Shown: piece by piece, positions 39,018 to 52,324 of the stretch
Numbering within the stretch: the stretch's first letter is position 1
Layout: each line of letters opens with the position of its first letter
Assembly (NCBI RefSeq): GCF_035474595.1
Contig: NZ_DATIND010000152.1
Location: 3,518 to 67,517 of the forward strand
Reading direction: 5' to 3'
Source: Longimicrobium sp.
Lineage (GTDB): Bacteria; Gemmatimonadota; Gemmatimonadetes; Longimicrobiales; Longimicrobiaceae
Length of the DNA stretch: 64,000 nucleotides
Program-made: the position numbers and the translations under genes
Notes under the pieces: generated by a model
Database searches by the model: none
Told to the model about the DNA's origin: nothing
What the model saw: the letters and a program-made list of their open reading frames with translations, nothing else

Positions 39018-42000
39018 ATGCAGGACCTGCTCGACCGCAAGGCGGGCCTCACCGACGCCCGGCGCGCGCTGCTGGAGAAGCGGCTGCGCGGCGAGTCCCG
39101 CGGCGCCCGTCCGCGCGAGGCGATCACCCGCTGCGCCGGCGACGGGCCCGTCTTCCCGCTCTCGTTCGCGCAGGAGCGGATGTGGTTCCTGGCGCAGATG
39201 GACCCGGGCAGCCCCATGTACCAGGTCCCCGTCGCCATCTCCATCCGCGCCGACGTGGACGTGGACGTCCTGGAGCGCGCCGTGGCCGAGGTGGTGCGCC
39301 GACACGAGGCGCTGCGCACCGTCTACCGCATGGTGGGTGGCGAGCTGAAGTCCGTCGTCCTTCCGCCGTACCCGGCGCGCGTGGACGTCTTCGACCATCG
39401 CGGCCGCATCGCCGCGGGCGAGAGCGTGCGGGCGCTCATCGCGGAAGAGGGCGCGCGGCCGATCGACATCTCCACCGGCCCGCTGGTGCGCGTCACCCTG
39501 CTGCGCGTGAGCGACGAGCGCTGCGTGCTGGTGAAGACCACGCACCACATCACCACCGACGGCTGGTCCGAGCCCGTCATCTTCTCCGAGATCGACCACC
39601 TGTACGGCCGCTTCGCGCGCGGGCTGCCCAGCGATCTGCCCGAGCCCCCTCTCCGCTACGCCGACTACGCCGTCTGGCAGCGGCGCTGGCTTTCCGGCGA
39701 CACGCTGCGCGAGCAGGTGGACTACTGGCGGAAGCTCCTGGCCGGCGCCCCCGCGCTCGACCTCCCCACCGACCGTCCCCGCCCGCCCGCCGAAAGCCAC
39801 CGCGGCGCCATCCTCCGCTTCACCGTGCCGCCCGGGCTGACGCTGGCGCTGCGCGAGCTGTGCGCGCGCGAGCGGGTGACGCTGAACATGGTGCTCACCG
39901 CGGGCTTCTTCGCGCTGCTGCACAAGTATTCGGGGCAGAGCGACATCGTGCTCGGCGCGCTCTTCGGCAACCGCAGCCGCGCGGAGCTGGAGCGCATCGT
40001 GGGCTACTTCGTGAACACCGCCGCGCTGCGGATGGACGTGTCGGACGACCCCACCTTCGTGGAGATGGTGGCCCGCGCGCGGACCGCGGTGCTGGACGCC
40101 GACGCGCACCAGGACCTCCCGTTCGAGAAGCTGGTCGACGAGCTGGACCTGCCGCGCGACCTCAGCCGCCACCCGCTGTTCCAGGTGATGTACTTCCACC
40201 ACGTGTACGTGGAGATGCACCGCGCCTCGGACGACGGGATGCTGAGCGCGCTGGACCCGCGGCCGGTGCACGTGGAGCACAGCGTGGCGCTGGTCGACAC
40301 CGGCGTCTCCAAGTTCGACCTGCTGCTGAGCACCATCGAGTCCGGCGACGGGCTGATGGCCACGCTGGAGTTCGCCACCGACCTGTGGGACGTGGCGTCG
40401 ATGCAGGCGTTCTCCGCGCGGCTGCTGGCGCTGCTCGGCGACGCCGCCGCCCGCCCGCACGCCCGCCTCTCGCGCCTGTCGATGCTGGACGACGCCGAGC
40501 GCGAGTCCATCCTCCGCGCCTCCCGCGGCATCGAGCGGGAGATCCCGTTCATCCCCCTCCCCCGCCGCTTCGAGACACAGGCGGCGGCGACGCCGGGCGC
40601 GCCCGCGCTAACGTACGACGGCGCGACGCTCACCTACGCCGAGCTGAACGCGCGCGCCAACCGCCTGGCGCGCCGCCTCCGCGCGCTCGGCGCCGGGCCG
40701 GAGGTGCGTGTGGGTGTCTGCCTGGAGCGCACGCCGGAGCTCGTCGTCTCCCTCCTCGCCGTCCTGAAGTCGGGCGCGGCGTACGTCCCGCTCGACCCGG
40801 CGCATCCCTCCGCCCGCCTGCGCGCGCTGCTGGCCGACGCGCGCGCCCCGCTCCTCATCACCACGTGGGGGAGATGGGAGGCGATCGGCGGCGACCGTGT
40901 CTCGCCTGTCCTCATCGACGCGCACGCGGAGGAGATCGGGCGGGAGGAAGATGGCGATCTGGAGATGGAGATCGATCCGCGCACGCTCGCCTACGTCCTC
41001 TTCACCTCCGGCTCCACGGGAACGCCGAAGGGGGTGGAGGTCCAGCACGGCGGCGTCTCCAACCTCCTCGGCTGGATGCGGGAGATGGTGACGGACGACG
41101 AGCGCGCCGCCGTTCTCGCCTCGACCTCCGCCTCCTTCGACGTCTCCGTCGCGGAGATCTTCGACACCCTCTGCAACGGTGGCCGCCTCGTTCTCGTCGC
41201 CAACGCGCTCGACCTCGTGGGCCTCCCCGGCGCGGACGCGGTGACGATGGGGGTGATGGTCCCCACCGCCGCCGCCGAGCTTCTCCGCGCCGGCGCCCTC
41301 CCGCCGCGGATGGCGACGCTGAACCTGGGCGGTGAGGCGCTCCCGGCCACGCTGGTGGATGCGCTGCACGCGGCCGGTTCGGTGCGCACCGTCCGCAACC
41401 TCTACGGCCCCACCGAGGCGACGGTCTACTCCACCGTCGCCGTCGCCGAGCCCGGCGCGGAGCGCGTGAGCATCGGCCGCCCCGCCGCCAACACGCGCGC
41501 CTGGGTGCTGGACGCGGCGATGGAGCCCGTGCCGCCCGGCATCCCCGGCGAGCTGTACGTGGCGGGGGCGCAGGTGGCGCGCGGCTACCTGCATCGCCCC
41601 GCGCTCACGGCGGAGCGATTCCTCCCCGACCCGTTCTCTCGCGAGGGCGGGGCGCGGATGTATCGGACGGGCGACCGCGTGAGATGGTGCGAAAGTGCGA
41701 GAGTGCGAGAGTGCGAAAGTAACTCATCGCGAGGTGAGACTTTCTCTCCCCCGACACCCAATCGCCCGACGCTCGCGCCGGCGGATGCAGGCCGCGCCGA
41801 CCCCGTCCCTCCCGCAGGCAGTTCTGGGGGAGGGACAGGCGAGGCACGAGCCAGGGAGAGGGCCCACGGAGGCGAGGAAACGCACTCTGCCAGTCCGCGC
41901 GAAGACCCCACTTTCGCACTCTCGCACTCTCGCACTTTCGCACCTTCTCTCGCACTCGAATACCTCGGGCGCCTGGACAGCCAGGTAAAAGTCCGCGGCC

Positions 42001-43877
42001 ACCGCGTCGAACTGGGCGAGGTCGAGCACGCGCTCCTCCATCACCCCGCCGTGCACGAGGCCGTCGCGGTCGTGCGCGACGGGCGGCTCGTCGCGTACAC
42101 CGTCGCCGCGCCGGGGGTGGAGATGGTGGCGCCGGCCGGGCTGCGCGCCTTCCTCCGCGAGCGGCTGCCGGAGATCATGGTCCCCGCCGCCATCGTGGCG
42201 ATGGACGCGTTCCCGACCACCACGAGCGGGAAGATCGACCGCGACGCGCTCCCCGCCCCGCGCGGCGAGGACGAATCGCCCGCGCCCGCGTCCGCCGGCG
42301 GCGAGCCGTCGAACGCGGTCGAGGCGGCGCTGGCGCGCGTCTGGGCCGACGTGCTCGGGCGCGACCGCATCGGCATCCACGACGATTTCTTCGCGATGGG
42401 GGGAGATTCCATCCTCTCCATCCACGTGATCCTCCGCGCGGCGCAGGAGGGGATCCGCATCGTCCCGCGCCAGATCTTCGCGCACCCCACCATCGCCGGC
42501 CTCGCCGCGGTGGCGGGATCGGCGCCGGTGATCCACGCCGAGCAGGGCCCCGTCACCGGCGACGCGCCGCTGGTGCCCGTGCAGGGATGGTTCTTCGAGC
42601 AGGACCTCCCCGACGCGCACCACTGGAACCACGCGGTGATGGTCCGCGCCGCCGAGCGCATCGACCCCGCCGTCCTCCTCCGCGCGGTGGATGCGGTGAT
42701 GGCGCACCACGACGCCCTCCGCGCCGTCTTCCGCCGCGGCGACGAGGGGTGGACGCAGCACTTCCCCGCGCCCGGCGCCCCATCCCCCGTCGATTTCGCC
42801 GACCTCGCCGGCGTGCCGGACGACGGGCTCGCCGCCGCCATCGCCGCGCGGGCGGAGGAGGCGCACGCGTCGCTGGACCTGGAGCGCGGGCCGGTGATGC
42901 GCGCGGTGCTCTTCGACTGCGGCCCGGCGCGCCCGCAGCGGCTCGTCGTCACCAGCCACCATCTCGTGGTGGACGTGGTCTCGTGGCCGCCGCTGCTGGA
43001 GGACCTGGAGACGGCGTACCGCGCGCTCGCCGCCGGCGCCGATCCCCATCTCCCGCCCAGGACCACGTCGTACGCGCAGTGGGCGCGGCGGCTGGCGGAG
43101 TTCGCGCGCACCCCCGAGCTGCGCGCGGAACTCGGCTACTGGTGCGATGCCATCCCCCTCGCCCACCCCCCGCTCCCCGCGGACGGCGACGGCGCGGACG
43201 TGGAGGGCGCCGCGCACGCCGTGGTCGTGGAGCTGGACGAGGCGGAGACGCGCGCGCTGCTGGAAGACGTGCCGCGCGCACACGGCACGCAGATCAACGA
43301 CGCGCTCCTCGCCGCGGTCGCGCACGCCGTCGCGGAGTGGACCGGCCGCGCGGAGGTGCTGGTGGAGGTGGAGTCGCACGGCCGCGAGGACCTGTTCGAC
43401 GACATGCATCCGGCGCGCACCACCGGCTGGTTCACGACCATGCATCCGCTCCTCCTCCGCGCCGAAGCCGCCATCGGCGAAACGCTGCGCGCGACGAAGG
43501 AGATGCGGAGCGCCGTCCCCCGCCGCGGCCTCGGCTACGGGCTGCTGCGCTGGGGTGGAGATCCGGCCGATCGCGCGCTGCTGGCCGCCCGCGCCCGCCC
43601 CGAGATCAGCGTCAACTACCTGGGGCAGATGGACAACCGCGCGCCCGACGCCGCGTCGCTCTTCGTCCCCGCCGCCGAGCCGCTGGGCGCGCTCCGCTCC
43701 CCCCGCGCCCCGCGCCGCTACCGCATCGCCCTGGAGTCGATGACCGCGGACGGCCGCCTCCGCCTGATGTTCTTCCACGGCCCCGCCATCTACCGCCGCG
43801 CCACCATCGAGCGCCTGGCGAACGGGTGCATCACGGCGCTCCGGGAGTTGATCGGGACGGCGAGCGGGGATGGGTGA
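39018..43877 (+). CDS. NRPS5: C(atypical)-A(Ala-clade variant, DVAVNGLVYK)-T-E, no COM tail
   Basis: C HHITTDG. T GGDSI. E-like HHLVVDVVSW, ESHGRE, RTTGWFT, VNYLG. The protein ends without TPSDF. Confidence 0.92.
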   Translation: MQDLLDRKAGLTDARRALLEKRLRGESRGARPREAITRCAGDGPVFPLSFAQERMWFLAQMDPGSPMYQVPVAISIRADVDVDVLERAVAEVVRRHEALRTVYRMVGGELKSVVLPPYPARVDVFDHRGRIAAGESVRALIAEEGARPIDISTGPLVRVTLLRVSDERCVLVKTTHHITTDGWSEPVIFSEIDHLYGRFARGLPSDLPEPPLRYADYAVWQRRWLSGDTLREQVDYWRKLLAGAPALDLPTDRPRPPAESHRGAILRFTVPPGLTLALRELCARERVTLNMVLTAGFFALLHKYSGQSDIVLGALFGNRSRAELERIVGYFVNTAALRMDVSDDPTFVEMVARARTAVLDADAHQDLPFEKLVDELDLPRDLSRHPLFQVMYFHHVYVEMHRASDDGMLSALDPRPVHVEHSVALVDTGVSKFDLLLSTIESGDGLMATLEFATDLWDVASMQAFSARLLALLGDAAARPHARLSRLSMLDDAERESILRASRGIEREIPFIPLPRRFETQAAATPGAPALTYDGATLTYAELNARANRLARRLRALGAGPEVRVGVCLERTPELVVSLLAVLKSGAAYVPLDPAHPSARLRALLADARAPLLITTWGRWEAIGGDRVSPVLIDAHAEEIGREEDGDLEMEIDPRTLAYVLFTSGSTGTPKGVEVQHGGVSNLLGWMREMVTDDERAAVLASTSASFDVSVAEIFDTLCNGGRLVLVANALDLVGLPGADAVTMGVMVPTAAAELLRAGALPPRMATLNLGGEALPATLVDALHAAGSVRTVRNLYGPTEATVYSTVAVAEPGAERVSIGRPAANTRAWVLDAAMEPVPPGIPGELYVAGAQVARGYLHRPALTAERFLPDPFSREGGARMYRTGDRVRWCESARVRECESNSSRGETFSPPTPNRPTLAPADAGRADPVPPAGSSGGGTGEARARERAHGGEETHSASPREDPTFALSHSRTFAPSLALEYLGRLDSQVKVRGHRVELGEVEHALLHHPAVHEAVAVVRDGRLVAYTVAAPGVEMVAPAGLRAFLRERLPEIMVPAAIVAMDAFPTTTSGKIDRDALPAPRGEDESPAPASAGGEPSNAVEAALARVWADVLGRDRIGIHDDFFAMGGDSILSIHVILRAAQEGIRIVPRQIFAHPTIAGLAAVAGSAPVIHAEQGPVTGDAPLVPVQGWFFEQDLPDAHHWNHAVMVRAAERIDPAVLLRAVDAVMAHHDALRAVFRRGDEGWTQHFPAPGAPSPVDFADLAGVPDDGLAAAIAARAEEAHASLDLERGPVMRAVLFDCGPARPQRLVVTSHHLVVDVVSWPPLLEDLETAYRALAAGADPHLPPRTTSYAQWARRLAEFARTPELRAELGYWCDAIPLAHPPLPADGDGADVEGAAHAVVVELDEAETRALLEDVPRAHGTQINDALLAAVAHAVAEWTGRAEVLVEVESHGREDLFDDMHPARTTGWFTTMHPLLLRAEAAIGETLRATKEMRSAVPRRGLGYGLLRWGGDPADRALLAARARPEISVNYLGQMDNRAPDAASLFVPAAEPLGALRSPRAPRRYRIALESMTADGRLRLMFFHGPAIYRRATIERLANGCITALRELIGTASGDG
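41687..41955 (+). repeat. In-frame palindromic A7-A8 insert, copy 7 (89 codons)
   Basis: Same arms; the core carries substitutions (PPAGSSGGG). Confidence 0.95.
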
Positions 43878-44227
43878 AGGAGATCTGGACTGACCGTTAG
43901 GAGGGGCTTCGGCACCGAGCGGAGATGCTCCGCCCGCTTGGCTGGCCCACGCCCCCGGCCCCACCGCCCGCTCCGCGGGGGAGGGGAGAACTAACCGCGA
44001 GGAGCCTCGGAGCGCGCCACGATGGCTGGGTTTCGCCTCGCGGCACACCACCGCCCGACGACTGCATCACCGCCCGAGCGCCCAATCGAAGTTACCCCCT
44101 CCCGTTATCGGGGCCCGTTATCGGGAGGGGGTACGCGGCCCCAGCCGCGGGGAGGGCCCACGGGGGCGCGGCCGCAATGAAGCCCGGCAGCGCCACCCAT
44201 CCGCGGTAACGAGAGCCTGAGCCTGAG
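43878..44227. repeat. Intergenic composite REP-like cassette 5
   Basis: Unit B 43932-43998, unit C 44086-44158. Confidence 0.85.
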
Positions 44228-47671
<3,444 letters not shown>

Positions 47672-47762
47672 CGCGCTGGCATCGGTCTGGCTGGTTACGA
47701 TGCTGCGCCCGTCGTGGATCGGCGGACGCGAGTCCGATCGTCTCCCCGAGCGACGAGTTGTC

Positions 47763-48380
47763 ATGCGCGCGAGTTCTCGCCATCTACCCGCCGTCCTGCT
47801 CTTCCTGAGCCTCGCTCTTCTCGTGGCCGCGCCTGCCCGCGCGCAGTACCAGCGGCTGGGCTTCGTCTCCGCGGGCGTCGGCGGCGCGCCGCAGGAGGCG
47901 TATCTCGATGCGCAATTCACCATCGCGGCCGGGTTCATCGCCCGCTTCGGGCCGCCGGTGGGCGTGAGCGTGGGGGTTCGCAGCATCACCGCCTACTCGC
48001 GGCTGAGGCCGGATGAGAGCGCGCTCCTGGATTCGCTCGGCGCCGCGTCCGGCGAGGTGGAGGGCGGCTCGGCCACGGTGAGCGAGGTGGGGCTGGACCT
48101 GATGGCGGGGTACGACACCGGCGCGCTGGGCGGCTACGGCTGGTACGGCATCCACTACTACAACGAATCGCGCAGCGACGCGGTGATCACCACGCCCGGC
48201 GGCACCTTCCAGTCGGACGTGCGCAACCGCGCGGACCTGGGCCCGTCGTACGGCGCGGGGGTGCAGTGGCGCATCGTGCCGCGCGCCGCCGTGTTCGCCG
48301 AGTGGTTCCGCGGCGGCGGCTTCGACGACCGGATGATCCGCCTCGAAGGCCTCCGCCTGGGCGTCAACGGCGTGTTCTGA
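47763..48380 (+). CDS. Secreted, probable outer-membrane beta-barrel protein
   Basis: Signal peptide ending ARA-Q, alternating Gly/aromatic strands, C-terminal ...LGVNGVF. Confidence 0.6.
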   Translation: MRASSRHLPAVLLFLSLALLVAAPARAQYQRLGFVSAGVGGAPQEAYLDAQFTIAAGFIARFGPPVGVSVGVRSITAYSRLRPDESALLDSLGAASGEVEGGSATVSEVGLDLMAGYDTGALGGYGWYGIHYYNESRSDAVITTPGGTFQSDVRNRADLGPSYGAGVQWRIVPRAAVFAEWFRGGGFDDRMIRLEGLRLGVNGVF

Positions 48381-48422
48381 TAGGTCCGGAGATGAGCCTG
48401 TGCTTTCGCGCCGCACCCGTCC

Positions 48423-48647
48423 GACGTCATCCTGAGGCCGACCACACTGTAACTATTGTCTGCACGAAAGGTTGCAGGCCGAAGGATCCATAGCCGCGGC
48501 AGCACGTGAGTCGGTGGGATGCACTGAGACCGAAATCGGGCCGATCGTGCAATCCGGCAGCGCACGTGCGGCCTCGCTTATGGATCCTTCGGCCTGCAAA
48601 CGTTCGTCCGGGGGCAACGACGGTGTGGCCGGCCTCAGGATGACGTC
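48423..48647. mobile_element. MITE/REP-like 225-bp element with nested terminal inverted repeats
   Basis: 25-bp outer IR GACGTCATCCTGAGGCCG(A/G)CCACAC (1 mismatch) and 21-bp perfect inner IR TTGCAGGCCGAAGGATCCATA. Left-half copy at 50731-50817. Confidence 0.7.
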
Positions 48648-48724
48648 TCTCTGCGCAATTGGAATGCACAGGTGATTGCCAGATCCGGTATGATTGTTCC
48701 TCCAGATGGTACAAATCTCCGTGC

Positions 48725-48768
48725 GAAAAACGAAGCACCCCCGCGGCCCGGCCGCGGGGGTGCTTCGT
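48725..48768 (-). terminator. Rho-independent terminator of the DUF4097-like gene
   Basis: Approx. 17-bp stem ACGAAGCACCCCCGCGG followed by T5 on the minus strand. Confidence 0.8.
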
Positions 48769-48788
48769 CGATCTGGATCGATCCCGGT

Positions 48789-49613
48789 CTACCGCCCGCG
48801 GCGCACGGTTACCGGGCCGTTGGTGGTCACGGCGCGGACGGGGGCGCCGCCGCCGCCCAGCTGCGTGGTGAACTGGCGCGGGAAGCGGCCCTGCACGGTC
48901 ACGGGGATGTCGACGTTCATCGGGCCGTTCACGGTGCCGGTGGTGAGCGTGGCGCTGTAGCCCTGCGGCACCGTCAGCGCGACCGGGCCGTTGGTGGTTT
49001 CGGCGTCCAGCCCCTCGCCGTTCCAGCGCGAGCCGGAGAGGCGCACCGCGAGCGGCCCGTTGGTGGCGCGGGCGTGCACGTTGCCGCCCAGGTCGTTCAG
49101 CGCCAGCGGGCCGTTGCGCACGCTCAGCTCCATCCGCCCGGTCACGCCCGTCACCCCCAGCGGCCCGTTGTTGGCCGTCAGCCGCAGGTCCATCCGGCGG
49201 GGGACGAACACGACGTAGGTCACCGAGTACCCGGTGCGCCGCGCGCTCTCCGGCCCCTCCGCGTAGATCTCGCCGCCGGCGGTGTGCACGCGCACGCGCC
49301 CGGCGATGGCCCGCGCGTCGTCGCGCGACGGCGCCCACGCCTGGATGCGCTGCTGCACCAGCACGTCCGCGCCGTCCCAGGCGCGCACGCTCACGCCGCC
49401 GTTCTCGCGCCCGTCCACCACCAGCACCCGCGGCGCGGCGATGCGCGTCTCGCGCTGCTCGCAGACGGTGGCGCGGTCGTTGTCGCGGTTCCAGCGCTCG
49501 CAGTTGGCGGCCCACTCGCGCGCGTCGTCGCCGTCCTGCGCGGCGGCGGGGCGGGGGAGGAGCGCCAGGGCGGCCAGCGCCAGGGTGGCGAGCGGAAGGC
49601 GGAGGGTGCGCAT
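48789..49613 (-). CDS. Secreted DUF4097-like beta-strand repeat protein
   Basis: Signal peptide MRTLRLPLATLALAAL...AAA-Q; repeated (T/N)NGP(L/V/M) strands; downstream terminator. Confidence 0.72.
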   Translation of the reverse strand: MRTLRLPLATLALAALALLPRPAAAQDGDDAREWAANCERWNRDNDRATVCEQRETRIAAPRVLVVDGRENGGVSVRAWDGADVLVQQRIQAWAPSRDDARAIAGRVRVHTAGGEIYAEGPESARRTGYSVTYVVFVPRRMDLRLTANNGPLGVTGVTGRMELSVRNGPLALNDLGGNVHARATNGPLAVRLSGSRWNGEGLDAETTNGPVALTVPQGYSATLTTGTVNGPMNVDIPVTVQGRFPRQFTTQLGGGGAPVRAVTTNGPVTVRRGR

Positions 49614-49740
49614 CGGTAGGCAATCTCGTTCTGGGGGGTCGATGTCCATCGCAGTCGTCGCATCTTTCGACGCCGCCATCTCCCGAATGGTTTGAACCCG
49701 CGGGCGCGGAAGCTGGCCGACCCCACCGAAATCACCCTCC

Positions 49741-49790
49741 CCACTCCCGCACTTTCGCACTTCGCACTTTCGCACTTCTGTTCCGCACTC
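49741..49790. repeat. Free intergenic CACTTTCG-type octamer array
   Basis: ccactcccgcactttcgcacttcgcactttcgcacttc. Confidence 0.8.
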
Positions 49791-49870
49791 CCGCGCCTTT
49801 CCCCCGCCGCCCCGCCGCCCCATCTTCATCCCACACCCGACATCTCCATCCCCGCCCCGACATCCTCCCG

Positions 49871-50698
49871 ATGCCGAACATCACGGTCAACGGCGCGAGC
49901 CTGTGGTACGACGAGCACGGCAGCGGCGCGGAGACGATCGTCTTCGCGCACGGACTGCTGTGGGACGGGCGGATGTTCGACGCGCAGGTGGCCGCGCTGA
50001 AGCATCGCTACCGCTGCATCACCTTCGACTTCCGCGGCCAGGGGCGGAGCGCGGTGGCGGCCGGCGGCTACGACATGGACACCCTGGCGGACGACGCGGC
50101 GGAGCTCATCGAGAAGCTCGGCGCGAAGCCCTGCCACTTCGTGGGCCTGTCGATGGGCGGCTTCGTGGGGATGCGGCTGGCGGCGCGGCGTCCCGAGCTG
50201 ATCCGCTCGCTGGTGCTGATGGAGACCTCGGCCGAGCCCGAGCCGCCGGAGAGCGCGTCGCGCTACCGCATGCTGGGCGCCATCGTCCGCGTGCTGGGGA
50301 AGATGGGGATGCGGATGGTGATGCCGCGCGTGATGCGCATCATGTTCGGCGGCAGGTTCCTGGACGACCCCACGCGCGAGGCGGAGCGCCAGCTCTGGCG
50401 CGAGCGGGGGATGGCGAACCACCGCGTGGGCATCACCCGCGCGCTCCGCGGCGTCATCGACCGCAAGCCGGTGCTGGCCGAACTGGACCGCATCGCCTGT
50501 CCCACGCTGGTGATGGTGGGAGACGAGGACGTGGCCACGGTCCCCGAGAAGGCCGAGCGCATCCGCGGCGCCATCCGCGGCGCGCGCCTGGTGATCATCC
50601 CCGGCGCCGGCCACACCTCCTCCGTCGAGGAGCCGCTCTTCGTCAACCGCGTGCTGACGGAGTTCCTGGCGCGCATGGCCGCCTCCGCCTCGGCGTGA
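49871..50698 (+). CDS. Alpha/beta-fold hydrolase (enol-lactonase-like)
   Basis: HGLLWD oxyanion region, nucleophile GLSMGG, GDED acid, AGH base. Confidence 0.85.
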   Translation: MPNITVNGASLWYDEHGSGAETIVFAHGLLWDGRMFDAQVAALKHRYRCITFDFRGQGRSAVAAGGYDMDTLADDAAELIEKLGAKPCHFVGLSMGGFVGMRLAARRPELIRSLVLMETSAEPEPPESASRYRMLGAIVRVLGKMGMRMVMPRVMRIMFGGRFLDDPTREAERQLWRERGMANHRVGITRALRGVIDRKPVLAELDRIACPTLVMVGDEDVATVPEKAERIRGAIRGARLVIIPGAGHTSSVEEPLFVNRVLTEFLARMAASASA

Positions 50699-50870
50699 AC
50701 GATTCTTCCGCGGACGGTAGCCACCACGATGACGTCATCCTGAGGCCGGCCACTCCGCAAGCCGAGTCCGCGCAAGTATTTGCAGGCCGAAGGATCTGTC
50801 GCCCGTCCAGCACGTGACCCGGAGCCGTGCTTGAATCGCGTGAGGCGAGAGGATGTCGGGCCGCCGAGGT

Positions 50871-51050
50871 GGGCGAAAACTGCGACTCACGTCGCGGCTA
50901 CAACGGCACGCAGTCCGCCTTCGCGGACTTCATCGGCGCGAGCGATGGATGGGAGGCGATGCGGTCACGAAGGGCGTTGCCCCGCGCGCAGGGCTTCGGT
51001 CGCAGTCCCGCAGGGACTTTGTGCTCTTGTTGCCCGCGAATTCCATTCGC
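50871..51050. repeat. Inverted pair of AGTCC(GCGAAGGCG/CGCAG)GACT...TTGTTGCC(C)GCGAATTC REP-like units (third copy at 37231-37280)
   Basis: 50871-50929 is reversed, 51004-51050 is forward; both match 37231-37280. Confidence 0.75.
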
Positions 51051-51124
51051 AGGGTGCGGAGGGTTGCTGCACGCGCCCGCATCATCCCTGCCGCTGATCC
51101 TTTCTCCGGCCTGCCGCCGCATCG

Positions 51125-52324
51125 ATGCTAGCCGACCCGCGCCCCGAGCTTCGCCCGCTGCTGGGCCGCATCTCCGCCTTCGTGCAGGGCGAGCTGGCGC
51201 CGCTGGAGGAGCGCTTCCTGCGCGAGCCCGTGCGCGCCATCCTCCCCGCGATCCGCGAGGCGCGCGAGCGGGTGAAGGCGGCCGGGATCTGGGCGCCGCA
51301 TCTCCCGCGCGACCTGGGCGGCCTGGGGCTGCCGCTGGCCGACTTCGCGCACGTCAGCGAGGCGCTGGGCCGCTCGCCGCTCGGCCACCTGGCGTTCAAC
51401 GCGCAGGCGCCCGACGTCGGCAACATGGAGCTGCTGCACGCCCACGGCAGCGAAGAGCAGAAGGATCGCTGGCTCCGTCCGCTGGCCGCCGGCGCGCTCC
51501 GCAGCTGCTTCTCCATGACCGAGCCCGACCGCGCCGGCTCCAACCCCGTGTGGCTGGAAACCACAGCGCGGCGCGACGGCGGCGACTACGTCATCGACGG
51601 GCGCAAGTGGTTCACCTCGTCGGCCGACGGCGCCGCGTTCGCCATCGTCATGGCCGTCACCAACCCCGACGCCGAGCGGCCGCACGCGCGCGCCAGCATG
51701 ATCGTCGTCCCCGCCGACACCCCCGGCTTCCGCATCGTCCGCAACATCCCCGTGATGGGCGAGGCGGGCGAGGACTGGTTCTCGCACGCCGAGGTCACGT
51801 ACGACGGCGTTCGCGTGCCCGTCGGGAACCGCATCGGGGCCGAGGGCGCGGGGTTCCTGCTGGCGCAGGAGCGGCTGGGGCCGGGGCGCATCCACCACTG
51901 CACGCGGTGGATCGGCGTGTCGGAGCGCGCCTTCGAGCTGATGTGCCGCCGCGCCGCGACGCGGGAGCTGGCGCCCGGGGAACTGCTTGCCGATCAGCAG
52001 GCCGTGCAGCACTGGATCGCCGAGAGCCGCGCCGAGATCGACGCCGCGCGCCTGCTCACGCTGAACGCCGCCGCGGTGATCGATGCCAGGGGCGCCCGCG
52101 CGGCGCGGGTGGAGATCAGCACCATCAAGTTCTACGTGGCCGGCGTGCTGCAGCGCGTGCTGGACCGCGCCATCCAGGTCCACGGCGCGCTGGGGATGAC
52201 CGACGACCTGCTCCTCTCGTGGTGGTATCGCCACGAGCGCGGCGCCCGCATCTACGACGGCCCCGACGAGGTGCACAAGTCGCTCGTCGCGCGCGAGGTG
52301 CTGAAGAAGTACCGGAGTGCGTGA
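51125..52324 (+). CDS. Acyl-CoA dehydrogenase (ACAD10/11-like)
   Basis: FSMTEP, GSNP, GRKWFTS, AQERLGPGRIHH, AIQVHGALG, RIYDGPDEVH. Confidence 0.9.
   Translation: MLADPRPELRPLLGRISAFVQGELAPLEERFLREPVRAILPAIREARERVKAAGIWAPHLPRDLGGLGLPLADFAHVSEALGRSPLGHLAFNAQAPDVGNMELLHAHGSEEQKDRWLRPLAAGALRSCFSMTEPDRAGSNPVWLETTARRDGGDYVIDGRKWFTSSADGAAFAIVMAVTNPDAERPHARASMIVVPADTPGFRIVRNIPVMGEAGEDWFSHAEVTYDGVRVPVGNRIGAEGAGFLLAQERLGPGRIHHCTRWIGVSERAFELMCRRAATRELAPGELLADQQAVQHWIAESRAEIDAARLLTLNAAAVIDARGARAARVEISTIKFYVAGVLQRVLDRAIQVHGALGMTDDLLLSWWYRHERGARIYDGPDEVHKSLVAREVLKKYRSA

Noticed and set aside
49871-50698. Hydrolase as the missing type II thioesterase
   Set aside because: Motifs resemble enol-lactonase-type hydrolases rather than TEII, and two unrelated genes separate it from the cluster. 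Not fully excluded.
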